Of a stretch of 64,000 nt of DNA, positions 34,901 to 42,732 are shown piece by piece. Origin of the DNA: Terriglobia bacterium (lineage in GTDB: Bacteria; Acidobacteriota; Terriglobia; 20CM-2-55-15). The notes under the pieces were generated by a model. That model saw only the letters and a list, made by a program, of their open reading frames with translations, did no database searches and was not told the origin of the DNA. The position numbers were made by a program, and so were the translations under genes. Every line of letters begins with the position of its first letter. Position 1 is the first letter of the stretch. The stretch spans positions 2,557-66,556 of the forward strand of contig CBDAPB010000032.1 of NCBI GenBank assembly GCA_965198265.1. The letters run 5' to 3'.

Positions 34901-37430
34901 TCGACACTCCCCGCGGAAACCCTCCTTCCACCGGTATCGTCGCCACGTTCGTTCGCGCATCCAGGTCGATCAGCGACACGTTGTCGTTCCCCCGGTTCGC
35001 CACCACCGCGATCCCCAGCCCCGAATGGATCGCCACCCCCGCCGGTCGGTCCCCTACGGCAACCTCGAACACCACTTCCGGTGTCGGCAGGTGGATGAGC
35101 GACACGTTCCCGTCTTCTCCGTTCGTCACCACCGCCAGCTCTCGTGTCTCGTCGATCGCCACCCCGACCGGAAACCGTCCCACGTCCAGCGTCGCCGTTA
35201 CTTCCATCGTCTCCAGGTCGATCACGCTCACGTTGTCGCTGCCCACGTTGGCCACCACCGCCAGGTCCCGCCCTGCATGGATGTCGATCCCTTCTCCCGG
35301 ACTCCGACCCACTGCGATCGTCTCGACCACCTCCTGGGCCTCCAGGTCGATCACGCTCACGTTGTCGCTGGATTCATTCGTCACCAACGCGATCTTCCGC
35401 GTCGGATGGATCGCCACCCCCGCCGGGAACGACCCCACCGTCACACGGCCTTCGATCAACGGGTTGTCCGGTACCGCGATTACCACGAACGCGGCCGGCA
35501 TCGACGTCCCCCCTCCCGGAGGCGGTGTCCTGACCGTGATCTCGGCAGCCCCGACCTGGGTGGGTGAGCTCGACGCAATCACCGCCGCCAGCTCGACCGA
35601 ACTGACGAACGAGGTCTGCAATGCCGTCCCGTTGAACTCGATCACCGTCGACGGGGTGAAGTTCGTCCCGATGATCTTCAGGTTCGTCAACGCAGTGCCC
35701 ACGAATGTCGACGACGGCGTGATGAAACTCAGCGACGGCGCGTCCGAGGCCACCACGCCCCCAGCCGTGAAGTCCTCGTCGGTCACGTTCTCCAGCCCCA
35801 GCTCCACCGTCCGCTCCGCCGGCACCACCTGGGCTCCGAGGCGGGTCGCACTCAGCGTGTAGGTCCCCGCCGGCAACTGCCCGAAGATGTATCTCCCCTC
35901 CGCGTCGGTCGTCGTCGTCGTCGCCACCGGCCCCGTCAAGCTCACCGTCACGTCGTCGACCCCGACTCCGTCCTGGCGCACCGTCCCCGTGATCGCCGCC
36001 GCTACCTGTGCCGGCGGGATGAAGTCCGTGCTGATCGCTTCGGCCGGTACATTCGCCAGCGCAAACCCGTTCGTCCCCCCAAACAGCACCGCGCCTACCA
36101 CTTCCACGCTCGATCGCAGATACGCCCAGCCGCCCACCTGCCCCAGCGCCGCCGGCAGCAACTCCCGGTACAGCCGGCCCACCCGGCCGTTTGCCGGCAC
36201 CGTCAACGTCGACTTCCCGACCGTCGTCCCGTCGGGTCGCAACGTGAAAAACTCGATCGTCGCTTCGCTCATGCTGGGGTTCGCCACCGTCAGCCCTGTG
36301 AAGAGAAGGCCCCCTTCGGCCACCTGCGAATACACCTGCAGCTTCGATGCGGCCGTATCGTCCACACCGCCCACCAGCGCAAACGACGCCGTCGCCTCGT
36401 TCCCGAACCCGATGTAGGACGTCAGAAAACCTACCGGCGTCGCGATGTCGATCCATCCGGCACGGAACTGCGCCGCCCCGTCCGTGATCCCGAACAGCTC
36501 GGCCACTGTCCCCCGCCATCCCCCGTTCGCTCCCAGCGTCACCGTCTTCGGGTTCTCCGGCAGATCCCACGCCGTCCCGTCATCCATCCGCGCCGTCAGC
36601 ACGACGTCCTGCGATGTCGCCGCCGTGTTCACCAGCCCCAGGAACGACAGCCACCCCGCTCCGGTCACGAACTGCGGCAGTATCTGTCGTGTCGACCCCG
36701 TCGGCGTCCGCCCTCCCACCGCGATCGTCTCCCGGCGGAACGTCGGCACCGCCACCTGGAAGTTCGCCACGATCTCGTGCGCCACCAGCGCCCGGTCTCC
36801 CTGTACCACCACGTGCGACGTCGTTTCCAGACTCGCTCCCGGAAACACCCCCGCCAGCGTCTGCCGCGTCAACGTCTTTGCCGGCAGCGTCACCGTCCCC
36901 GTTCCCAGTACCGATCCATCGCTCCCATGCAGCGTCAGCGTCGCCGTCGCCGTCTCGTCTCCGGGGTTCACTACCGTCAGCTCGGTCTTCTCCGTCGCAT
37001 CTTCTGCCGCGAACGGCAACACAAACTCCACCCCTGCCGCCAGCGCTAGCGCTCCGTCCAGATCCGTTAGTGCCGGGTTCGCGTTCAGGAAGAATCCGGT
37101 CAAACCCCCGCTTGCCGAGGTCGCCTGCACCCACCCGTTGAAGTCCGCAGTCCCGAACAGCTCCGAATACTGCCGCGCCAGCTGGCCCCCGGCCGCGATC
37201 ATCTTCGTCGTCGGGTTCTCTACGCCCCCTCCCGTCACCAGGCTCCCGTCCGCTCCGTACGCGGTGAACGTCACCGTCACCGCTCCCGCCGTCGGGTTCC
37301 CCACTGCCAGACCCGTAAACACCTGGTCTGATGAAATTACTCGCGGAAAATTAAGGATGGATTGCGCAGATAGGACGGAAGGAAGGCCGGATCCCAGCAA
37401 CGCCAGTAGGGCCAATCGCTTCAAACACAT
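28968..37430 (-). CDS. giant secreted surface protein (2820 aa): N-terminal YVTN-type beta-propeller, central IPT/TIG Ig-like array, C-terminal NHL-repeat beta-propeller
   Basis: Start taken at MCLKRLALLALLGSGLPSVLSAQ (signal peptide). YVTN-like repeats are visible (AVVANVGSDNVSVIDL...), as are many IPT-like modules (VTGTGF, LTGSGF, VNGENF, VTGEHF) and about 17 NHL repeats (LYVAD--NHTIRKI). Confidence 0.85.
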   Translation of the reverse strand: MCLKRLALLALLGSGLPSVLSAQSILNFPRVISSDQVFTGLAVGNPTAGAVTVTFTAYGADGSLVTGGGVENPTTKMIAAGGQLARQYSELFGTADFNGWVQATSASGGLTGFFLNANPALTDLDGALALAAGVEFVLPFAAEDATEKTELTVVNPGDETATATLTLHGSDGSVLGTGTVTLPAKTLTRQTLAGVFPGASLETTSHVVVQGDRALVAHEIVANFQVAVPTFRRETIAVGGRTPTGSTRQILPQFVTGAGWLSFLGLVNTAATSQDVVLTARMDDGTAWDLPENPKTVTLGANGGWRGTVAELFGITDGAAQFRAGWIDIATPVGFLTSYIGFGNEATASFALVGGVDDTAASKLQVYSQVAEGGLLFTGLTVANPSMSEATIEFFTLRPDGTTVGKSTLTVPANGRVGRLYRELLPAALGQVGGWAYLRSSVEVVGAVLFGGTNGFALANVPAEAISTDFIPPAQVAAAITGTVRQDGVGVDDVTVSLTGPVATTTTTDAEGRYIFGQLPAGTYTLSATRLGAQVVPAERTVELGLENVTDEDFTAGGVVASDAPSLSFITPSSTFVGTALTNLKIIGTNFTPSTVIEFNGTALQTSFVSSVELAAVIASSSPTQVGAAEITVRTPPPGGGTSMPAAFVVIAVPDNPLIEGRVTVGSFPAGVAIHPTRKIALVTNESSDNVSVIDLEAQEVVETIAVGRSPGEGIDIHAGRDLAVVANVGSDNVSVIDLETMEVTATLDVGRFPVGVAIDETRELAVVTNGEDGNVSLIHLPTPEVVFEVAVGDRPAGVAIHSGLGIAVVANRGNDNVSLIDLDARTNVATIPVEGGFPRGVSIHEGKNLAVVANASSNTISLIDLGSRQLIRNLDVGTAPTGVGIHELTSHAVVSNSGLVRGSTDLGGLTTVSIVDLEGEELVEDVPVGSAAFGVDVDEASQMAVVANFGSNDVTLIRVPFATPRLTDVQPKTLPPGAVEHEITVTGTGFAPISVVTLNGQPLPTTFVSTTELRAILSGELLEQLLQVSSISADDAQPVRFDATAPLVFGVVTGDKVSEPPADPLATRILTLPTGVSLFTMEPTEGEVGTSTSLTLRGQGITGNTIVHFGGLELPGSETSATEMTVDIPGSALSEPGDVAVFLENPAVVVDGQSLGGGTSQSLTFKIAAPQPKVENPVIESVSPSSVFVGSRSVVLNVSGGGFAPGITEVTLGGRTLDATVTEDSIEASVPDELFETAGTLSGLLDSLGKTASFSISVVPQAPSISGIDPIEAPAGGDSVAVTVTGEHFTPDTMITVDGTRISTDFGDATTVTGTIPGAFTRLPGSLTIGVIVPLGGEAVAVQPLVIRNPAPVADGLEPSEASLADFPIRVTVTGRNFVRASMVHVDGSPVDTTYLNTTSLAFDLTRGPGIQTLLSVDGGSIPSFLAVSGAGTLSVTVVTPEPGGGTSDAVTFTIRDLVPKIDAADPDTVPFNSSASTTITLTGSGFKADSVVELDGSPVASVFVDANTLTFDLAAGTAAGDHDVTVTNQVTSNSVSLRVTARPPIVSSVQPDRGVAGENHSVEVNGENFIEGADVLVDGQPGGGRFNGSTSMSVTLPPAPAGTRSISVKNPDGAESNAVDFTDFEAPAPTVRIVSVTPDPSTAKAGQLLTIILEGFGDTTQLVLDDRPLTFTQLDTRTVTIVAPAFADGEHILKAINVATAAGGGGTSTYSFTTGTVAFVPNEILVFNDVDIFDSEGMDDDYEESPGGANPNNKLLARNLVSFTSSGSRNSGTVVQFDCGRSSGYSSACTSETDLMKAEFTSAGLTTTVVNSTSGSMTSIPSNVKVLFLWLPRVIFTGVEINTMKQFVADGGRIVFVGEQAGTYDSISTVANVFLKDMGTKSLIKGGSFDNTVTTLPAASLNTTGHQVMTGLTGLEHAIASEINPLDSQDTFLFKERDDSNITQAGTAVLAAALKVTTDSIPTAVPTLTSVSPTNPVAGQSVVMTLTGTNFTPGSTVTLAGGLEISVTVTNVEFVSSTTLKVTISITSGHSGPYTFKVTTANGQSGTAGFTIVNDMATVTSVTPNSGIQGAIVPVTITGNQFTSAQSVNPSAGIIVLSFTVNSNTEISAVLRLTASSGGKFISVTNSAGAVNSVAFTINASSITSASSLVISSLAGSQGFGTEDGTGSAAAFNTPNGTAVYNNNIYVADFANHTIRQIVIATGVVTTLAGSAGNSGTTDGTGPAARLNGPTGVVSDGTGNLFVTDQFNHTIRKIVVATGVVTTLAGSAGSSGMTDGTGTGALFNLPFGISCCGSSPPSLYVTDSGNHSIREVVISSGVVTTPVGVAGTPGFVDADDNLAKLNTPKGLVEASGDVLFVADSGNNVIRKVTTGGTHTVTTFAGPASGVSGSADGTSTAARFNGPVGIATDATNLYVGDRLNHTIRKIQMSNQAVTTFAGTAGTSGFVGGSTASNVRSNQPGFLSISGGTLYVSDEKNHAIRKTDLGEGFNFSTLAGSPNPKSGSVDATGSAARLNFPQGAAIDAAGNIYVSDTNNHVIRKVASGTGAVTTLAGSSGTAGTADGTGTGAQFNLPESGVVVGNFLYVADVGNHTIRKVNVTTGVVTTFAGQAGTSGSADGTGTGATFSSAHAIASDGTSLFVADKDNHTIRKIVLSTAVVSTFAGSAGSNGFTNATATAARFDLPLGITATSTTVYVSEGNNHAIRAITISSGAVTTLAGAGTSGSTDATGASAKFNFPHGITTDGDNVYVADRDNHVIRKVVISSGVVTTIAGSAPTSGFVNSSGTSARFNSPMDIVGNGTNLFIIDGLNHQVRKGAELPQ

Positions 37431-37597
37431 TTCGATTCGCGCGCACACTAGACGTTGCTCCCCACCGACACCAGGAGACCGCAAATTTAAACTGATGCTC
37501 GCCGCGTGTAAAGCGTTTACTTCGACTCGGCAAGAGATCGCCCTTTCCCTCCTGCCTGGAACCGGGGGAACAACCAGAGAGAGTCGACCACTATGGC

Positions 37598-38552
37598 TAA
37601 ACGCCTGCGGCAACCAGGTCGTGCAGATGCACCATACCAACCACGACCCCACGATCATCCAGCACCGGCATCACGGCGGTCGGCTTCTTCCGGGCCTTCA
37701 TCAGTTCCAGGCATCAGAAGCTCTGACCTCGGGCAGAACGGTTTCAGGCCCCTTATTCATGATGTCAACGATCGACATCGCCGCTATGTTGTCGCCGCCT
37801 TCCAGCGCCTTGCGAATCTCGTAGTCTGTCACCAATCCCAGCAGCTTTCCTTCTTTGTCGACCACCGAAATACCGCCAACCCGAAACGCTGTGATGGCGA
37901 CTAGCATCTCCCTGACAGACTGTTCGGAGTCCACTATCGGATTCTCGTCGCCTTTGCGCATGACGTCATCGACCCTCAACAGCAAGCGTTTCCCCAACTG
38001 TCCTCCGGGATGATGCCGGGCGGAGTCTTCTTCCGACATCTCGTTCATTCTCATGAACCCCGCGGCCAACGGGTCTCCGATGGCCAGGGCGGCCGTCGTG
38101 CTGGCGGTCGGTGCGAGATTCAGGGGGCAGGCTTCTCGCGGCACGTCAAGATTCAGCACAATAATCGGAGAGCTCAGCCATCGCCGAGGTCGGGTTCGAC
38201 GTGATAGATATGATCGCTACTGCGGACCTTTTCAGTGCTCGTAGCAGGGCGTTCAGTTCGCCGCTCTCCCCGCTCTTACCCACGGCCAGGACGACATCCC
38301 CGGCACGCACGACGCCGAGGTCACCGTGCAACGCGTCCACCGCATGCAGAAAGAGAGCCGGCGTACCGGTGCTGCGGAGGGTGGCCGCAACCTTCTGGGC
38401 AATGATGCCCGACTTGCCGATGCCCCACGAACACCTGGCCCTCGCATTTCGCGATGGCCTCTACCGCGTCCTCGAAATGGCTGCTGAGGCTCTCACGGGC
38501 CGATTGCAGAGCCTCGATCTCTATGTCGAGCCCCGCATGCAATCTCTTCCAT
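37598..38552 (-). pseudogene. kpsF: arabinose-5-phosphate isomerase KpsF/GutQ (SIS + CBS pair) disrupted by at least 3 frameshifts
   Basis: Three minus-strand frames in succession encode ...SHFEDAVEAIAKCEGQVFV | GIGKSGIIAQKVAATLRSTGTPALFLHAVDALHGDLGVV...SDY | VLNLDVPREACPLNLAPTASTTAALAIGD...ASDAWN | LMKARKKPTAVMPVLDDRGVVVGMVHLHDLVAAGV*. Confidence 0.7.
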
Positions 38553-38618
38553 AATATCCATCGATTCGCTCCCACACGGCGTATTGCCCCGACCGCACGA
38601 GGTAGGCTACCATCACTT

Positions 38619-39020
38619 ATGCGTACTTTTCTCCTGATCAGTTTGCTCGCCTTAGGGCACCAGCAGATACCCAAGAGTAATCCGAACGGCGTCTGGCGGG
38701 CTGAGAGTGGACTGGAATTCGAGTTGCGTCTCGTCGGAACCGACGTCGAGGCGCGGATGGTTGCCGGGTCCAATCCTCGTTACCTGGAATACGAGATCGA
38801 CCTGATCGGTACCGAAGAGCCCAATACGTACAAGGGGACGGGCCACTTCAAGGCCAAGCTTGCAAACGGGCGGGAGTGCGAATTCGACACCGATTGGCAC
38901 ATTGTGGTCGTCTCTGACGACCGGATCATCGGTGTCGGCTCCAGAATCGTGCCTGATCCGGACACCTGCGAAATCGTCGAGAAAGGCGACCAGCAGGTCG
39001 ATCTCCAGCGCAAAAACTAG
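38619..39020 (+). CDS. hypothetical secreted protein (133 aa)
   Basis: Signal peptide MRTFLLISLLALG. It overlaps DUF2304 convergently by 4 nt. No family recognised. Confidence 0.45.
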   Translation: MRTFLLISLLALGHQQIPKSNPNGVWRAESGLEFELRLVGTDVEARMVAGSNPRYLEYEIDLIGTEEPNTYKGTGHFKAKLANGRECEFDTDWHIVVVSDDRIIGVGSRIVPDPDTCEIVEKGDQQVDLQRKN

Positions 39021-39430
39021 CGGTTCGGTCCATTCAGGGAACGGACCGTCTCCCGTCCGCTGTCCTCTTTGTCTAGAATCGATGGCGGCGGCACCCTCGG
39101 CAAGGCTTCCTTCAATGCGATTTTCTGGACGACGAGGGTCAGCTTCTGCTCCAGCCCTTCCATCCTCACGTACATTCTGTACATGAGGAAAAACAGGAAC
39201 ACCAGCGCCATACCCAGGAACGTGCCGATACCCGCTCTCCCGCCACCTACCGCGATCATCGAATCGATAATGGATGGGAACAGGGCGACAAGAACAATTC
39301 CGATCCAGGTGAGGGTCCACAGCAGGAACATCTGCGCGGATTCCTTTCGCGCCCGGAAATCAACGTAGCTCTTTGAGATTGCTACGGCGGCGAGAACTAT
39401 CGAAAACAGCTTCGCTACGACAATGAACAC
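39017..39430 (-). CDS. DUF2304-family small membrane protein (companion of GT2 polyprenol-phosphate glycosyltransferases)
   Basis: The 137-aa protein has 3-4 transmembrane helices (FSIVLAAVAISK, WIGIVLVALFPSII, LGMALVFLFFLMY) and lies directly downstream of a GT2 gene. Confidence 0.6.
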   Translation of the reverse strand: MFIVVAKLFSIVLAAVAISKSYVDFRARKESAQMFLLWTLTWIGIVLVALFPSIIDSMIAVGGGRAGIGTFLGMALVFLFFLMYRMYVRMEGLEQKLTLVVQKIALKEALPRVPPPSILDKEDSGRETVRSLNGPNR

Positions 39431-39431
39431 T

Positions 39432-39932
39432 TCAGACGCGCCTCATCATTCTCGTCAGCAGTTGCAGGATGATATTGACGCCGTTTAAGAAGTGCTGTCC
39501 TTTGGCGCGGGAATATGTCGTGTAGACTGGCCGGACCGGAACCGACCTGTACGTCAGTTTCTTGGCAAATACCTCTCCGATCATCTCCGAGCAGATCTCG
39601 TAGCCGTCCGCTTTCAGTTCCATCACCTCGATCGCTTTACGGGACAATGCCTTGAATCCAGATTGGGAATCGGAAACGCTTCCTCCATAACTGACAAGAG
39701 TTATCACGTTCAGCAACCAATTGGCCGCAACTCGTGAAAAAGGCATACCCTTCGGTCGAATGAGTCGGTTTCCGATCGCCACATCGCAAGGTCCATCGAG
39801 AACCGCTCGCGCGAGTCGCTCGACATCGAGAGGATCATGCTGACCGTCAGCATCCATCGTCACGACCACATCCGCACCAAGCGTCTGACTTGCGCGAAGG
39901 CCGGTCCTGGTGGCAGCTCCAACACCCAGGTT
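39432..39932 (-). pseudogene. GT2 polyprenol-phosphate glycosyltransferase, C-terminal fragment (gene split by an IS4-like insertion)
   Basis: The fragment NLGVGAATRTGLRASQTLGADVVVTMDADGQHDP... continues the N-terminal fragment, which ends ...HVINLG. The NLG codons are duplicated as the target-site duplication. Confidence 0.75.
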
Positions 39933-41220
39933 CACTAGTGTCCGGTTAGAAGTCGAATAGAACCAGCTGGTTAGGATCTTGGAGTTCATTGAATTGGGAA
40001 TCAGGCGCGTGAAAGGCCTGCAAAATGGGCTGTTTCTCAAGAATCGTAATGCTGAGAATCTGTAGGATTTGGTAAAGACTCCTATCGATGCCGAGGCGCT
40101 TCCGGATGATGGCGACGAGAACATAAACCGAAATGGCGATCCAGATCTGGGTCTTCACCGCATTCTCGCTGGTGCCGTAGAAGGACTTGATTCGAAGGTG
40201 TTGTTTGATCCATTTAAAGAAAAGTTCCACCTGCCATCGCGACTTGTAGATCTGAGTGATGGTGAGTGCAGGCAACGCGAAGTTGTTGGTCAGGAACTTC
40301 AACCGCTTGTTCGTCCCGGCATCGAAGTAGCTGATACGCCGCAACGGATCGGGATAGGTTTTGGCGGATTTGTTCGTTGTGAGGATGACCGTCTGGTCGG
40401 ATCGCAATCCCGTGGTCGTGTCCACCCGACGGGAGTACCGCCGCTGCAGGACGACGTTCTTCTTGGCACGCACCACAAAGAAAGCGGAACAGAGGGAGAA
40501 GAGAAAGAGCCGTTCAAAATCGATATAGGCGCGGTCCATGACGTAGAAGGCCCCCGCTTCGGGTGCGATCGCATCGAGAACGTTGACGTCATGGACTTTC
40601 CCGTCTTGACGTGGTCGGGAATGAGTCGGTGTATGCCTTGACCGCGGCTTTGTGCCGGCGAAACCGGGCCCATGGGAATAGTGAAAGACACCAATGGTGG
40701 TCGAGTCCAGGGCATATAGGATCCAATCGATGGGGTCTTCGGCATATAACGGCCGCACCATGCCGATCAGGACCTGTGCGAAGTCCGCATAGATCCGCCA
40801 GTCGCGCCGCTCGTTGGCGTCGGCCAGTGTCGTCCGCGCCACCTTGCTTCGGAATCCCATGTGGTAACGCTTTCTGCCGAGGGCGCGTAAGCAGGCTTCG
40901 ATGTCGCGGAGGCTTTCACGATAGGTCAATTGGGCGAATGCCATCGCCAGGAACTGATCCCAGCAGGAAAACCCTTTCTGCTGGTAATCGCCCCGATAGC
41001 GGGCGACACACTTCTGAAACTCGTATCGGGGCGCGTAATCCATGACTTGTGAGAAGACGGTTTGGCCTGAGTTCATGCGCCATTGGTATCACCCCTCTCA
41101 CCGTAATATTGCTAAAAGTGTGATCGGCAGGTTCAAATCGAAAAATCGCAGAATGCCATTCAACTCACTGTTCATCTATAAGTTGCCGGCGGCTGTCGCA
41201 CCGTGTTCCGGACACTAGTG
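39933..41220 (-). mobile_element. IS4-family-like insertion sequence, 1288 bp, with 13-bp perfect terminal inverted repeats (CACTAGTGTCCGG) and a 9-bp target duplication ACCCAGGTT
   Basis: The left end is at 39933 and the right end at 41220. The direct repeat acccaggtt occurs at 39924-39932 and at 41221-41229. Confidence 0.8.
39946..41076 (-). pseudogene. IS4-family DDE transposase with internal compensating frameshifts (likely inactive)
   Basis: Frame 0 reads ALDSTTIGVFHYSHGPGFAGTKPRSRH... The conserved IS4 block LSLFPWARFRRHKAAVK is in frame +2 and IHRLIPDHV in frame +1, returning to frame 0 at DGKVHDVNVLD. The C-terminal motif YKSRWQVELFFKWIKQHL is intact. Confidence 0.55.
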
Positions 41221-41424
41221 ACCCAGGTTAATGACGTGACTGATGACAATCGCGCCGGCGTCTTCGGCGACGCCGGCAGTCTTATCCGTCGAACCGTCAT
41301 CGACGACCAGCTTGAGAACTTTCAGGTCATCAAGGTGCGTCGGAACGTTGGACACAACGTTCCGAATCGCAGCTGCTTCGTTGTAGGCGGGTAGCAGAAC
41401 GACGACAGTGTTTTGACTAGTCAT
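41221..41424 (-). pseudogene. GT2 polyprenol-phosphate glycosyltransferase, N-terminal fragment
   Basis: The fragment MTSQNTVVVLLPAYNEAAAIRNVV...LVVDDGSTDKTAGVAEDAGAIVISHVINLGH is followed directly by the IS end. Confidence 0.75.
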
Positions 41425-41565
41425 GATGTCGGGCCAGACCCTCGGATCGGCCAACAAATTCTAACACTGCTAAGATCTTGAAAACGAGCGTCATGTTGTA
41501 CTACCGCTTGAGTTTCATCGATGATCTTGTTGGCGAACCGATCGATAGCGTCTGACGTGAACCCC

Positions 41566-42732
41566 TTAGCTCGTCGAGCCCGAAACTTGTCGATACACAG
41601 AGTCGGCCTTTCCGGCTACCGCGTCCGACGAAAACTCAGATAGCACAAAGCGCTTCGCTTCGGCTACACCACTTCGCCGCCGGCCGTCCGTCAACGCCGC
41701 GATCAGCTTCGAGCGCAGATCGTCCAGATCGCCGTTCTCGAAAACTGAGATGCCGGGCTTACCTTCAAGTTCAGGAATCACACCACATGCCGACGAGAGC
41801 AGTACCGGCCTCTCGCACGCAAGTGCTTCCAACACGACCATGCCGAAGATCTCGTTGCGAGATGGCACCACGCACAGGTCGGTGTCGACGAGTGCGGACA
41901 GCTTCTCTCTGTGGCGGAGAAAGCCAGTGAAGGTAACCCGATGTCGGGCGTGTGAAGGCACAAGTCGTCGTAGAGACGCTTCCTCACCGTCGTCCGCCCC
42001 AGCCAGCACAAGGTGAGCGTCCGCCGGTATTCCCTGAAATGCGCGAATCAAAAGGTCGATTCCCTTAATCTGATTCAACCGTCCAAGGAAGAGTACGAGT
42101 TTCCGTTCACGAATGCGCCACTTGGCCCTGAAAGAACCGGCGACCGGAAGGGTACGATACTCCTCGACGCGAATCGGGTTTCGCAGCAATCGTATCCGCG
42201 AAGGCTCGACATCGAATGACCGGGCCTGCTCAGCCTCGAGTGAAGAAACCGCCATTACCGCCGCGGCACGACGGATAATGCGGTTTCCCCACACCTTGTC
42301 AAACAGTAGCTTCGCACCGCTCTTGCCCAGATGGAGAAGTCCACCGTGTGGCGACACGACATAGGGAATGTGCAGATCCAGGGCCGCCCGGTACGCTGTT
42401 ACCGTCAACACCGACCTCAATTCGTGCAAATGCACGACGTCGCAGCCCCGGAGTTGCTTTCGGGCATCTATCGAAAAACCTGGCGCTACGAAGATACGAT
42501 GACCAAAAGCCAAATAGTTGGAAAGATTGCGGTAATATCGCACGTCAATGCCGGAGCTTCTACCAAGGCGCTCACTCCCTGTCAAGCGACGGCGGCCGCC
42601 GGAGTCGGTTGTGAGCACTTTGATCTCGATACCTCGCTGGACCAAAGCAAGCGCGAGATCGTGTGCACTGCGCGGAGACCCTCCGTATTCCCACGCCGGA
42701 TAGAAATAAGGGATGACGAAGGCAACCCGCAC
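41566..42732 (-). CDS. glycosyltransferase family 4 (GT-B, group 1)
   Basis: The 388-aa protein has the C-terminal EX7E-type region (NEIFGMVVLEALACERPVL). Confidence 0.8.
   Translation of the reverse strand: MRVAFVIPYFYPAWEYGGSPRSAHDLALALVQRGIEIKVLTTDSGGRRRLTGSERLGRSSGIDVRYYRNLSNYLAFGHRIFVAPGFSIDARKQLRGCDVVHLHELRSVLTVTAYRAALDLHIPYVVSPHGGLLHLGKSGAKLLFDKVWGNRIIRRAAAVMAVSSLEAEQARSFDVEPSRIRLLRNPIRVEEYRTLPVAGSFRAKWRIRERKLVLFLGRLNQIKGIDLLIRAFQGIPADAHLVLAGADDGEEASLRRLVPSHARHRVTFTGFLRHREKLSALVDTDLCVVPSRNEIFGMVVLEALACERPVLLSSACGVIPELEGKPGISVFENGDLDDLRSKLIAALTDGRRRSGVAEAKRFVLSEFSSDAVAGKADSVYRQVSGSTS

Noticed and set aside
29493-37824. Numerous 100-580-aa ORFs on both strands inside 28968-37658
   Set aside because: All are alternative-frame or antisense readings of the single 2820-aa giant gene, whose frame carries coherent NHL/IPT/YVTN repeats throughout.
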